Assembly (NCBI GenBank): GCA_002633005.1
Contig: NMRA01000457.1
Location: 162,145 to 226,144 of the forward strand
Source: Phoronis australis
Lineage: Eukaryota > Animalia > Phoronida
Direction of reading: 5' to 3'
DNA: 64,000 nucleotides
In this document: positions 36,103 through 49,733 of the stretch, piece by piece
Position numbering within the stretch: position 1 is the first letter of the stretch
Layout of the letters: each line of letters begins with the position of its first letter
The notes under the pieces: generated by a model
What the model saw: only the letters and a program-made list of their open reading frames with translations
Database searches by the model: none
Told to the model about the DNA's origin: nothing
Translations under genes and position numbers: made by a program

Positions 36103-36787
36103 CAGTGGCGGATCTAGGATATCACAAGGGGGGGNNNNNNNNNNNNNNNNNNNNNNNNNNNNNNNNNNNNNNNNNNNNNNNNNNNNNNNNNNNNNNNNNN
36201 NNNNNNNNNNNNNNNNNNNNNNNNNNNNNNNNNNNNNNNNNNNNNNNNNNNNNNNNNNNNNNNNNNNNNNNNNNNNNNNNNNNNNNNNNNNNNNNNNNNN
36301 NNNNNNNNNNNNNNNNNNNNNNNNNNNNNNNNNNNNNNNNNNNNNNNNNNNNNNNNNNNNNNNNNNNNNNNNNNNNNNNNNNNNNNNNNNNNNNNNNNNN
36401 NNNNNNNNNNNNNNNNNNNNNNNNNNNNNNNNNNNNNNNNNNNNNNNNNNNNNNNNNNNNNNNNNNNNNNNNNNNNNNNNNNNNNNNNNNNNNNNNNNNN
36501 NNNNNNNNNNNNNNNNNNNNNNNNNNNNNNNNNNNNNNNNNNNNNNNNNNNNNNNNNNNNNNNNNNNNNNNNNNNNNNNNNNNNNNNNNNNNNNNNNNNN
36601 NNNNNNNNNNNNNNNNNNNNNNNNNNNNNNNNNNNNNNNNNNNNNNNNNNNNNNNNNNNNNNNNNNNNNNNNNNNNNNNNNNNNNNNNNNNNNNNNNNNN
36701 NNNNNNNNNNNNNNNNNNNNNNNNNNNNNNNNNNNNNNNNNNNNNNNNNNNNNNNNGGGCCCCCTGCCCCCCCTAAATCCGCCTATG
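36103..36787 (+). mobile_element. MITE of the same family, spanning an N gap
   Basis: cagtggcggatctaggatatcacaaggggg ... ccctaaatccgcctatg with 5-bp TSD atttt on both sides. The first ~30 bp are the exact reverse complement of 709-738. Confidence 0.7.
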
Positions 36788-39045
36788 ATTTTGTTTGGTT
36801 GTTTTTGATTCTCATTTTGGTTCTTTTACACAAATTTGACCCTGATTTTATCTGCTTCTTTGTATATGACGTGTAGTATTTAATGTAATCATATTAGCTT
36901 AATTTCTGAATACGTCGCAAGGGTACGTCAAATTTCTGGTTGTAAATTTGAAGCAAACCCTTTCTAGATCGGCAAATGTCTTTTCTTTATCTGCATATCG
37001 TGAAACTAATGCAAAGTACCAGCAATTGCCTCCGTATGACTACCGACAGCGCATTTCGTAACGTGGCAATAAATAGATGCCGGCTTTTACTGACCGTTAA
37101 AACTATAAAATGGGAGAAAAAACATTCACACACGGCGATGTTTCAAAAAAAAAACCATTTCTAACTAGAATCAGTGCGCTCCTCACCGTAATTGCTATAA
37201 AGCGCACCTGTGAATGATTTTTGCTACCCGGAGAGGACAATGAAGGTTCCCCGGCAGTTGCCAGGCGTCACTTCGACGAGAAAATAATCACTAAATGCTA
37301 AACTGAATTCAATTTTCAATTATTAGACAAAACGTATTGAGAAAAATTTACAATCGATGCCTCCGTTGTCTAAAATCAAAAATCGTGGATTGAAACGCTA
37401 ACAGGGTAGTGCAGTGAATTGTAGTTTATGAGTTGAATGTCAGTGATGGAAAATTATTGTAGTGTCATGAGCATGATGCAGTAATTTTTGTAATATCCAG
37501 GTGGCACCAGTTTCAGCTATTCACGGTAGGCGGAGCTAATTAAAGTGCAGTAATTAGATTATATCAATGCTTCTGGTTGAATAAAAATTCTTCCATATAC
37601 TAGTAACTGTTTGGCGACACATGTTTCTGAAGTTATTTTGCCACCAGATGGTATACTATAAGAAACAGGCCGCGCTCGTTGGCCCCCTAGCAAAGTCGCC
37701 GGAGACCAAATGTATCTTTTGTTAGTTTTTCCCTGTCTAAATTTATTTTCAATATTTTCACAAGTTGTCAGAATATTCTTACTGTATAGCAAGTTTACTA
37801 ATTATTCTGATATTGCATGTTTGGTGTTACGTTTATACTGTTTACCCGAGTTCATTACTGCTTGTAGAACACGCTTAGCCTAATCCAATAGACGACCTTG
37901 TTATTCAATCGTTACTTACTGAATCTCACTGAATCCGATTTAACAGTAAATCTAAAATGGTGGAGTCCTGTTCGTGATAAGTGAAGAATTTTATGATTTT
38001 TTCGCCCACGGGTTTTGTTAGGATTAACCTGTAGGTACTGATGGCTTCGTTTTAACATGTTTTAACCATCTAGTGAGGGTTAAACACCTGTATACTAGCA
38101 GGTACACCAAGCTAATCATTTTTTACACGAGTGTGATTTCATGAAGGTTCTTTAATGCCGTAAGTTGTAGGGACTTTTCGTCACTAATTTTCAATGGACT
38201 ACTTACCTCCCAAACATTTCGTTATACATGCTGTACAATTGGTTACGTTTGTTTAAGTATTGTTTGGTTCTCGGAACATTTTAGAGCAGGTAAAAGAATA
38301 ACAAATGCACAAGTGGTCGGGAATATTCTAAAAATTGTGATTTGATGCTGGTCCAGTTTTTAGTAAAAAACCCATTCAGTTCACAGGTAGCACATTTTAA
38401 GAATGTTTTGTAATCAATGCCGTATCCTGTGCTTTCCCCATTCTCGCCTGTCTATTCCAGCGGCGCGGGAACATTCCTGTGCCCCATATTTCTGTCCTCA
38501 TACAAGGTCTTTCATTAATATGCTTAGCTGGCACATTTATTGCAAAATATCAGCCAAATACAAGCAAATCAACTGCTTTTATTTTTATTCTGATCGCTTA
38601 CCATATTCTGTGTGCATCATTGCAATCTTAGGTCACGTCATGTGGCCAACAGGTGGCGTGCTGGCAAGAAACCCCGTATTGAGACTGACATATTCATATA
38701 CAATCTTCTAAATGATTTTAACAGGCGCGATGAGTATTCCAAATGCAATTAAATTCGATGAGAGCTCAACTTTATTGATAACAACAAATAGGCAAGCTGG
38801 TTTGATTCGTGTATATTGGTAGTGAAAGAATAACTTTCGCGTACTTGAAATTTTACGTGTAATTGCTTCGGTGAGCAAACTCAAAAACAAGTTAGAATTG
38901 TTAAATCAAGAACCTGTTTTTGAGAGTAGAAACGATAGTTGGTTAATTTCACCGGGCTTATAGAATTATAAAATACTTCCGGTATATGTAACCGTTAAAA
39001 TATGTACATTGTAAAACTGATACTATTGTTTAAATATAGTTTTGA

Positions 39046-40458
39046 TTACACCAAAGTTTCCAGCACTGACATGTCGCTACTATGCATAGAGCTAAGGCCT
39101 GTGTCCGAGTCGTTGTCGCTGCTCAATCGCGTCGCCTTAAGCTTTTGTCCGACATTTAGCTCTGCCAAAACTTGTATCTCACTCGGAGACGGACAACTAT
39201 TATAGCTGTCTTCCCTCGAGTGAGTATCGACAGGCTGTATATCCAATGGTGGCAGGTGCTTCACTGCAGGGTAATTTTCATGTCCACTATCCACTGTTGT
39301 TTGAATTGCGTCCCGAGGTATGCTGTTCAGCTGTTGGCACCATTTTTCACAAGCTTTACGGTTTTCCTGTCTCGAAACATCACGATATTCCGAAGTGGAG
39401 CTCGGCAGTTTACACGAAAGCTCCTGATCAGTGAATACTCCGGATTCAGATTCAACGTTTTCGTAAAGATAGTCATTGCGTTCGATCTTGTAAGCCGAGG
39501 TAGGCACTGCATCACTACAGGAAACCACATACGTTCCGTTCAGGTCACAGTCGGACGTACCATATCTTTCGCAAGGGCTAGAAATTGCTGCAGGTCGTTC
39601 CCAATAAAACAGTCGACTTATACCCGACGACACGTTATATTGTCCACTAAGAGGAATATCACTGTCGTGTTGGAATACTTCTCCGTTTTCAGTGTCCGAT
39701 TCAATTTCAATTGGGGTAACTGAACGAATGTTATCTTCCAACGAAAACGAAACGTGTTTGTGTTTTGAAGTTTTTCGCGTAACGTCAAATGGTTTAGCTT
39801 CTTCTGTCTCGTTTTCTATGACACTTACTTGCAGCGACAAATCGTGAATTTTCTGTTCTTCGTCCAAAAGTTTTTCCCCAAGTTCCAAAATTTTTTCACA
39901 CCACTCCATGTACTGTTCGCGTTCTGACATGGTCAGATCTGCTAAATCTGGGCACTTTCTGTCTATTTCGTAAGCTTGTTGGACGTAATCGCTACCGTCC
40001 TGACTGGCTCTTCGCAAGTGAAGATCCGTTTCGTGTTTCTCAATTTTCGAGTCCAGTTCATCCATACGTTGCATTTGCTCAGCGATAACCTTCTGTTGGT
40101 CCATTATTTGCATAGTTAGCTCATGTACAGTGTACTCCTCTAAAACTTTCAGATTTCTCTGCTTACGACTAGATTTCGTTGACCGGGACTTACGCAGATT
40201 TCCACTATTGGATTTCTGAAGTACGAATTGAACATTCTGCTGTTCCGACCTCCATGATTTCCAAGTCTTTGTTATCTTAGTCCTGTCCGGAAGTCGTCTT
40301 TCGACGTCTTTCCATTTCTCGTAAATTGCCCATTCGTATCCATTTACAATCCCATCGGCAACAAGAAGGGCATATATTACATCACCACAAGTAGTCCGTG
40401 ATGTCAAACCAGTCATAAGTATTTCTTCGCCATTAAATGTAACCGGAATCGACGTCAT
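39046..40458 (-). CDS. RASSF9/10: Ras association domain-containing protein, N-terminal RASSF family (RASSF9/RASSF10-like)
   Basis: 470-aa ORF from ccagccATG. N-terminal RA domain (IPVTFNGEEILMTGLTSRTTCGDVIYALL...IYEKWKDVERRLP...W...VQFVL), central coiled coil, and C-terminal DSDTGLSSMHS...ETLV typical of RASSF10/9. A strong splice acceptor (ttctctttcttttctag) at 40480-40481 implies upstream UTR exon(s). Confidence 0.9.
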   Translation of the reverse strand: MTSIPVTFNGEEILMTGLTSRTTCGDVIYALLVADGIVNGYEWAIYEKWKDVERRLPDRTKITKTWKSWRSEQQNVQFVLQKSNSGNLRKSRSTKSSRKQRNLKVLEEYTVHELTMQIMDQQKVIAEQMQRMDELDSKIEKHETDLHLRRASQDGSDYVQQAYEIDRKCPDLADLTMSEREQYMEWCEKILELGEKLLDEEQKIHDLSLQVSVIENETEEAKPFDVTRKTSKHKHVSFSLEDNIRSVTPIEIESDTENGEVFQHDSDIPLSGQYNVSSGISRLFYWERPAAISSPCERYGTSDCDLNGTYVVSCSDAVPTSAYKIERNDYLYENVESESGVFTDQELSCKLPSSTSEYRDVSRQENRKACEKWCQQLNSIPRDAIQTTVDSGHENYPAVKHLPPLDIQPVDTHSREDSYNSCPSPSEIQVLAELNVGQKLKATRLSSDNDSDTGLSSMHSSDMSVLETLV

Positions 40459-43400
40459 GGCTGGCAAGATTTCCAAATTCTAGAAAAGAAAGAGAACTCT
40501 GTTATTGCCGAAATCACAATAAAATATGTTAAACATTTAGTAGCTGATATTAAAGCCACGTGCCGTGCCATCCTTGAGAATCATTGTTTTGGGTAGAACC
40601 CTTTGATTAAGATCTTTGATATTGCGAATTATCGTTGCTGGTAACCTATCGTCCCACCAAGGATTGAATCTAGGCACTGCTTCAATAGCGTGACTTACTC
40701 CAGTTTGAAGTTAACTGCTTTGGCTTGATTCAATTAGCGTGGGATTTAGGAAGTGGCAGAACGCCTTGGCTTAACGATAGATGTCACTGCGTACAATTGC
40801 CATTCAGATCAAAACGCAGGTTTATATTACAGCTTTTCAAAAGCTGAAAAACTGGGACATTAAAATCATCTTAGCGAAACAACGAACATTAGAACAAATG
40901 TCGCTGTGCAGTTCATAACTGATTCAAAGACAGCCCATCTACTGCCATTTTGATGAAAATTTCAGGCAGTTTGAGCAAAGACATCAGAGTGAACCATTTG
41001 ACCACGGCTCCATGGATTGCTACAAGGTCTGTGAACCTTGTTCATAAAGTCTTTTTGTTCATCCCTCAGCATATTTAGACGACCTAATTTGTCTCATTCA
41101 AACACATGCCACTTTTAATATGCAGAGGCAGTAGAGCAAGACTTCTCTTCAGACAGCATTCATTTGATAGAAGATTTCACTTGGTGACCTGAGAAAAGTT
41201 GTGGCTAATGGTGAAAAGATTTCAATTCTTTCCCAGGCGAACAGCAAACATTATTATTGAGCGAATCATTAAGCACTTGCACAGCAAACAAAATACAAGT
41301 TATGCACAGCGTCGCAATTTCAAACAATAATTTCAAGAGACCGGAGGTTTAATTGCGTCCTAAGTTGTTATTCTCGAGCATAACAATATACAACCTATGG
41401 CATTATTGAGTTCCAGAAATTATTGAATAATCACTGCTATGCCACGACAACTAAATATTCGACCTTTGTCGAAATGCTTTAAGTTAGTAAGATGTTATGA
41501 CGGTCTGGCCTTCGTGGATTGGTCAGTGAAAAATAAAATGTCAGTAGAACCTTGTAATGTTACGCAACTGAGGTCTAGACCTTTTACGGACAATTCTGTC
41601 ACGTGGGGTTGTTGTTTGTTCAGTAAAGGCACTTGTACTAGCAGGCATAATACATGAAATTTCTAAAAAAAATGCGATAAGCAGTGAAATGTAACTGCGT
41701 AAGATAAGTATCGAAAGATGTTTTGACACTTTAAGCTTCACGACATCCAGGAGCACGTTTTTCTTGGTTTTATCAACGAGTGTTTTCACTGACAAGACTT
41801 TAATTGCTAAACCTGAAACGTGGCCTCAACCTTATGGTGTCCAAACGGTCACTTGGTCCAGAGCAGGTGATCCCAGTTCCAGTCAATTCAAACTATACAA
41901 TACGGGCAAATTAACGAATTTGACATGCTTGCGTCCAGTGCCGTGGGTAGTTCACTACAGTTTGGACAGCAGTGCATCTAGAAAATTAGGACATCAGCCC
42001 ACGAAGAGAGTGGACTCGAAACAAGAACCCGTTTGTAGGGAGCATCGATAAAAAGTCGTAAGAATTCTTGGGCTGGTGAACTTTAACCCATTGGTCCTGA
42101 TACAACACAAGAAGAGAAGCCATGCTCTCAAAAGCGAGTATCTTTTGCAGTGAACGTTTCAAAAATATAGCTAATGCAAATGAAATCCTTGTGTAGTGAA
42201 AAAGAACACGTTTTAGAGTATCGAGTTAGTATCTGTCACTAAGACAGTACGGGGTTCGTGGGAAGTCCCAGACTCCCAGCCATCTACTGATTCAGAAACC
42301 AATTTCAATTCAAAGGAAAAAAACGTGGTGACGTTGCTTTCGAAAAGCAAACTTTCTTGTAAAGAAAGTCGCGGTTTTTAAAACCAGAACATGATTCGTC
42401 GCGACTTCAACATAACTCATTTCCCACGGCCGTCATCCTTCGTCACCTATCGTCATCAACATAGCTCACCTCACACGGCCGGCATCCTCTGTTACCTATC
42501 GTCACCAAGACATATTTTGATCCCGGGTTCACAAATTCCATCTTATCTCCAAGTCGTTCCTAGTCCCCACTACCTCTAACTCGCTACGCCACTTCCTCAA
42601 TGGAATACCGTATTTCCCGATGAATCCACTTTGAGCTAGCGATGCACCCCAGGAGGAACAGAAAACCAGTTTGCTAACCAGGCAACTGTGATGGCGTAAT
42701 AAACCAAAAAATGGGTTATATTTCCCCAATTAACAAACAGTAGGTAGCGCCCATGGATTAATACGACACTCACTGTGCAAGACAATTTAGAATCAACAAA
42801 GTGCAGAATGTGCCGACGATTTGAAGAGCCTCAGACAGACTACACCAGTCCGTTGCAAGAGTTGCCAATATTACCACTGCCATCACGTTCATTCACACAA
42901 TTCAAATACACATTTGGTCCCTTTCCGATAATCTAACTGAGTAGTATGCTTGACAAATGCCATAATAAGGCTAGAACATGAACACCTGGTCGCTTTTTCA
43001 AAATTGCTTTCATTTCCAAGCCAATAGAACAATATTAAGTAGCAAATGTGATTTTCGCTGATGATGGAAAATAAAAGTAATCCGTAACTGATTGACAGTA
43101 AGTCTTACCACTGGAGAACGCGTAAAGTAAAACACTCTTCACTGCTTAGGTAATGATCCCCTTTAGTATCGCACAAACTATTCGTCGCATACTTCTAGGA
43201 CTTCGACTAGTCAATGTCCTCTTGGCCAACACGACCGTCCAGGGCACGCCCGTCCAGCAAATGACCACGTTTTGGTCTTATTTACATGTTTTCAGGATTT
43301 CACGTGCTAATCCCTTTGTGTACACATCACAAAGCGTCTCAATGTTACAGCAATCAATGAGTGAATATTTAATGTAAACAAGTTAGGTGAATAATGCTTT

Positions 43401-46400
43401 ATAAGACTGGTGATCAGCTATTGTGCGCACGACGTGTCCACAATACAAGTTAGAGCAAGGCTGTGAAATGCCTCTGTTTAGACCGATTAAAAAGGCATAC
43501 AGACTCCACATAAAGGGTAGCAAGAAATAAGCGTGGGAAAATTTGCCGGTAAAAGGATAGTGAAAAACAACAGAGCGCTGAATGGAATCAGAAATTTTGT
43601 TTGCGACCTGAGTTTCCCCTGACTTTGTTACGAAACACAATAGCGGAAATACATAATAAGGTCTTGTGATGCGATCTATAAGGGCAGAATCCCGAAGTGC
43701 CTATTGTACATAAAAGTCAAAACCCAACTGCGAAGACTTTATCAGATGGATCATCTCGATAACAATCATTAGTTCTCCGAATGGGTCTCAGTTTCTAAGG
43801 AAGAACCGGGAGTTTGTTTTTCCAGTGCCACGACACTTCTGTGATTACCCCCACGCGTTGGCTTACTACTATAGTGTTTACGGAGTCTGAAAAGATATTG
43901 TTGTCCGAAGCACAAGCACGACGGTTTGCTGGTTTGGACGAGTTTAAAGCTTGTAGCAGGTTTAGGGCGACCACAAAAACAATATGCAAAACAAAGTTAG
44001 GCCATATGAGTTCCCAACACCTTGCACTGTCTGCTGTCGAAACCCATAAAACTTAATGAACCGTGTATCGATGAACCCTAGCTGTCCCTCTCAAGTTGCA
44101 CAACAGTAATGTTAGCTTTACGCTTGCGCCTTACACAACGTTTCAGCAGTAAACAGGTAGACAAAAGGACGTTAAACAGCTCGCGGATAACGAAAGGCTA
44201 ACGACGAGGCTAACGACCACATATTTTAATCGCGGATTTTGACCAGGGAACAGTACAGTAGTTACGGGGTCAGACACCGACTTGCCCCAAAAAGCCGGCT
44301 TGTAAACAACACGTGCGGGATTCGAATGAACGGGCCATGAAATAAAAGGTTTTAATCAAGTGAAAAAGATTAATTAAAATCACATATGAACGCAAAAACT
44401 ATGCCAAGTTTGATCAAAAATTGAACTCGATAGCAGAGGTCGAGATAAGGATTGTGTTTTTTTTTAACTTTCTGTCACTAACGATGCAGCAAATTCTGTC
44501 GTGGCGCCACCTTACGTCATGTTGCAAAGTAAATGTCACATTACTTACGGCTACTGTTGCTATACGTTTCTATGTAATAACAAACCGTCATGCGTGGTAC
44601 AAATCATGTCTTACAATTAGTTACAAATTCGCTAATGAACAGGACTCATTTTCACTGCTTAAAAAATGTCAAGGACTATGGAGTAGTTTTGACCTTTTTA
44701 TTTCAATTATTAAGCAGTCTGAAAAAAAGTTTTCAATACATCAAATTTTGCATACAGGTCACTCATTCTGAAGACTAGTTTGTAATTTATGTGTGATCAA
44801 TTTAGAAATAAAATCTGGGGAAATTAAATATTAATGGTCTTTTCTTTACGTTATCGTTTTCCAAATAAGGAATATAAATAGGTAAATAAAACAACAAGAA
44901 TGGATCAACTGAAATTTTCGGAAACTTGAACGTACTGCCACTTCTTGGTTACTAGTGACTTTTTTCTGAAAAAGAAATTACGGACTTTTGTCTTCTGGCT
45001 AACGATGCATACATATTTTCGAGTGAACAATGCCCGTTCTTACGTATGTTTCGAATAATTTTGTTTTCTTTTAGAATAACTCTTCCGGAACACATACAGG
45101 GTACGAATTTAATCTTTTAAATTTCATTTGCAGCCAGTGAAGTTCGCTGACTTCGAGAAGGTTTGCAGCAACTAAAGAAAACAATTTTTATGCAATACAC
45201 AGCTGACACTGAGTAGATAACTACCTGGTTGTTTTCGAGGTAGAGGTTGATCAATACGCATTTGTTAATATTGGCACTTGCACAACGTATGTCTTCGACT
45301 GACCTTATAATGGTTGTTTCATGACAATGAAAATAATTAGCGCTCCCGCGGTGAAGAGCAGGCTGTAAGTAGTCGGTAGTTTGTAAATCACTCCACAGGA
45401 GTCTCTCAAAAGAATTTGTGATGAACGAATGTTTAACTACTTGAACGCAAGTCCGCTGGTTATGCAATGAAATACAACATCGTCATTGCATCCGTATTTT
45501 GCAGTCCTGCTGGTGGCAATAAAAGAGTCGTTGAAAAGTCCAAGGTCCTGTTACGTCACTCAAGCCACGTGCAGCTCCAGCATGCGTTGTACGCCACTGC
45601 CAAGCCATAAACATTGTCAGTTGCCTCGGCTTCAAGGTGACGTGTTCGAATCTCCGTTATGAGCTCTTTCCAGTCACTCAAAATAACAGCGACAAGAGGT
45701 GTATTCAGAGAGTTTGAGAAATGTAGACAAAAATACTAAATAACTGCCGTCGTGTCGTCCTTACCGTTCACACACTGACTGCCGAGAGTACGCATTATTT
45801 AAACTAGATCATCATACTGTATAAGACCTTTAAAAACTCGTTTTAGATACGACTTTACCGTTTCACTGAATTACTTAAATACAATCGAAGAATGAGTAAA
45901 TACTACTTAAAAACGTTCAAACTCCTCGTGAGTTTATACCGCAGAGGCGTTGAATTGTTTGGTTTCAAAAACATGTTTACCGAGTTTGCCAATTGCCTTT
46001 GAGAAGTAATTTTGCGATATGGTTTGTTGCGTTAAACAAGCATGCCTTCAATATTATGAATTATTTACCTTGCTGGCTATGCGTTATCGATCCGACTCAT
46101 AATCATTCATAAAAAATCACGAGGATTAGCTGACGAACGGAGAAAGGTAACGAAACTGAGATTTGAAAATGAGAAAGAAGCATTCTTTTAAATGTGCATT
46201 CCAAGCTTTGAAGTTGTTAGAACACGAAATTCGGCCTTTACATGGTCAGTTTCACTCAACTTAAATGTACACAATGACAACTTTGTGCGTTGATCGTGTT
46301 GCGAGTCTTTCTGTAGCTTCGCGGTGCCACGAGTTATGCTTAGAAATGCTTACCGTAATGCAACGTCACTGTTAAGAATTCGGCATGTATTGAACGAAAT

Positions 46401-49400
46401 TTCTTTAAACCGTTGATTGGCACACTGCGATGCAACGAATTGCTCTTATATGTAATAGAAACTCCGATACCAGAGGCTTCGGTACGGTCAAGGTTCGCTG
46501 ACATCGAAGTTTGATGCGCGAGTTGTTGAAGTTATCTCCAGGAATCGTTTCAAAACGCCATGCGGATGTATTTTTTAACTTGAAGTATCGTGTATGTGGT
46601 CAAATAATAAATGAAATGAAGTGCTTATAGTTGTAGATTGGAGAATATTTGAAACAAAATATCAAATAATACAACAAAACATTCTGTTATTGACAACGAC
46701 ACCTGCCGATAACCTCGTCGACACCGAAGTTAACCGTTCTTACCAACCGACAATCGCTAAAACATCGACGCGTCGACGTTTGTATGCACAGCCCTTCACA
46801 GCACGCTTTGCCGCAAAACACTGGTTTGGTTGGATTAACTACAATCCTCTTTTTCATTTCCACAGTGTGATAATAACGGTTCTCCTAGTTTTCTTTTCTT
46901 TTCACAATCCAAATGAACGACACAAGCATTCGTTTCACACAGTGTCCAATGCTTTCACAAGTCGATTAAATACCTGAAAAAGCTCGCAGGTATTGTTTCG
47001 CAGTTTTACTTCAAATGAAGAAAATTCAATCATGCAACGCTAATTCCTAGCTTCGGCTATTTTGCTCACAATATGACAGTCAAATGAAAGTTTCATGATT
47101 GTGGAAAATGTAGTTCATTGTTCCTGTGGTCCGTACAGTCGGGTGTTATTGTGACACTGTAGTAAACCGTAACGAGGTGGGCAGTTATAAATACTAAACA
47201 ACTGAAGACTATTTGAATTACTTGTTTGAAAAACAACCTTACTTAGAATAAAAGTCGTAAGAAATCAACGACGAAATGCTTCTGAAAAACCTACGGCGTA
47301 TCATGTCAAACAATAAGACTATGTCATAAAATGCTGTGAAATCTCCTTACCTCAGAGGTTGATTCAACCAGCCGCTACAGTCACCATTTAATGTTAACCA
47401 CCTGCAAACAAAAAAAAATTTAAATTTTCAAATCGCGGAGTTATAACTATCCATCAACCGTGACAGGTAGTCATCTCAATATGGGAGTCGACAAACCGCG
47501 CAACGTAGACTTTGTCATTAGCAATTTATGGTATGCTATAATGTCTTAAATGTCGAGATACAAAAAATGATTTTTGGAGAAATCAAGCGAAGTCTTGTTC
47601 AAGCGTTTAGTAATGCACACACATGTAGTTTCCTTTCTTCAGAAGATTTTGAGAGACAGAGAGCTGCGCAGCACCTGAAATGTCTAATAAGTTCCACACG
47701 TTTCGGGATTTCCCGTATAGTGCTGCAGAAACCGCTTTGATTACATCATACTATCACGAAAACATAGCGTCAGATTTATAAAACTATTGCACTTCTAACA
47801 AAAAATCTCATACACCGCTGCTGTACGTTTGACATATCCATTCAACAATTCCTTCCTAACCAGTGGAGAGTTCCTGGTGGTACAATCTTGATCCCTTACA
47901 AACAGAAATGCTACACGTCGCGTGCGCAGACGCGAAACATCGAAAGGAATGCCGTACACCTGTCCGTCCGGGGTCGTAATCATGTGAATAAGAGGATGCC
48001 AATGTCCGAAGTGGGTAAATATTCCACGAAATAGTGCAGCAATAACAAGATCACAATACCATTAAGCTACAACGACAATACGCGTGCGTGACCGTCGGGT
48101 GACCACTGGTTAGACAATCAAGAATGCATTTGGACAATCGGACATTCGAGGATTGAATATTTCTTCACGACAACAGCCGTCGGTAGAATAGCAGTCGTAT
48201 ATAATTCGCCTGAGAGACACTTGAGATCGGATTTACGAGCCAGTGTGGGCGTTTGTACTGAGTGGGGAATGTCAGGGGCCCAGGGGTGATGTTGCCAAAT
48301 AATGGATAAAGAGGTGTACTCGTGTAGTCCACAGAACAAATTAGTACACACTAAGTGATGCAAAACCTGTCTAGCGATAACAACCCCCAGCCATCTCTCG
48401 TCGTCGTTCACCCAACTGAGAGTGATAGTTGAAGGAGCAAAATACTCGTCAGAGTTTGAAGCGCATTCCTTACTTACCTTTCCGAAAGGAGAGCCTCGAA
48501 TCTACACACAAATCTGTGTTATTCAAATTAAATATCCCCGATGATTTGTTTCACTTTTTGTCCATTCATTTAGTAGACGATGAACAAAAACTTTACGTGC
48601 AGATATCAATTCACGATTGGCAATATATGCACCTGACCACAACGACTCTTCATTTCCCCTATGCATGTACATCAAGTCACATCCGAGATTGTATATATAT
48701 ACGCTCTATTACAAATAGTTGTACAATATAAAATTATTGAAAAACACATTAAATTCACATTAGGAACTGGAGCGTGAACTCACCGTACCTGGGCACTGCA
48801 ACGCTTAAATCGCGTTTTCGCCTATCAAGTCGGAAATTATAGGGTGATTGGAACAAGCTGTCGATATGTTGTTTATAAACAAGCCGGTAAACTAACCATG
48901 TTTTCACTTGCAGGCGCCTTAGGCTAAGGTTAATGTCACGTTCACCACGAATTGCCGTGCACTGAATATCCCTAAATGTTTTACAAGGAACTCCTCGCAA
49001 AACAAACCTAAGAAGCAAACTATACTAAGGAGAAAAGCGAGTAAATCAGTATCCTGCAAGTCACGGGCATACATGTAGTTTGCAAGGATGGAGGTGGGCA
49101 CTATGACATAAAAGGTACATGTCAACCCAGACCGCCTCGTCCACGAGCAGGCTCACCAAGAACTGCCAAACATATTATGGAAATCGAGGGCATTTCGTGA
49201 GTCCTCTAGAAATAGTTCAGCAAAGAACCGTTTCGAACGGAAATAAAGCACAGTTATCAAAAGTATATTGGTCGCTTAGCATTGCTTTTACTGTCTAAAA
49301 TTACATGATAATGTTCTACTTTTTCGTCTGAAAGGTGATAACTAAGGCCGCGGTATATCATTAACATTTTACCCACAAGGCTTGGCTCACAACGTAAATG

Positions 49401-49623
49401 CATGTCAACGGCACTAGGTGGGGCTCCGGCTGTTATCCGCTAAGAGATGTCAAACAGTCAAATCTGCGACATTTCTTTAAGACAGCATACAAAATGAAGT
49501 AATCCACCTTATGAATGTTAAAATTTCAAAGTTTAAATCTGTGAAATTCTAAAATATTTGTAATTCAGCAATTGAAACATCAAATTAATGCACAAGTATT
49601 GTTTTGTAACTATAAGTGCGCAG

Positions 49624-49733
49624 TTTCTTAACCTGAACCATTGTGTGCTTATTCATAACTGGTTTCAGTAATTTGGCATTTCTTAACCTGAACCATTGTG
49701 TGCTTATTCATAACTGGTTTCAGTAATTTGGCA
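49624..49733. repeat. Perfect 55-bp tandem duplication
   Basis: tttcttaacctgaaccattgtgtgcttattcataactggtttcagtaatttggca repeated at 49624-49678 and 49679-49733. Confidence 0.95.
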
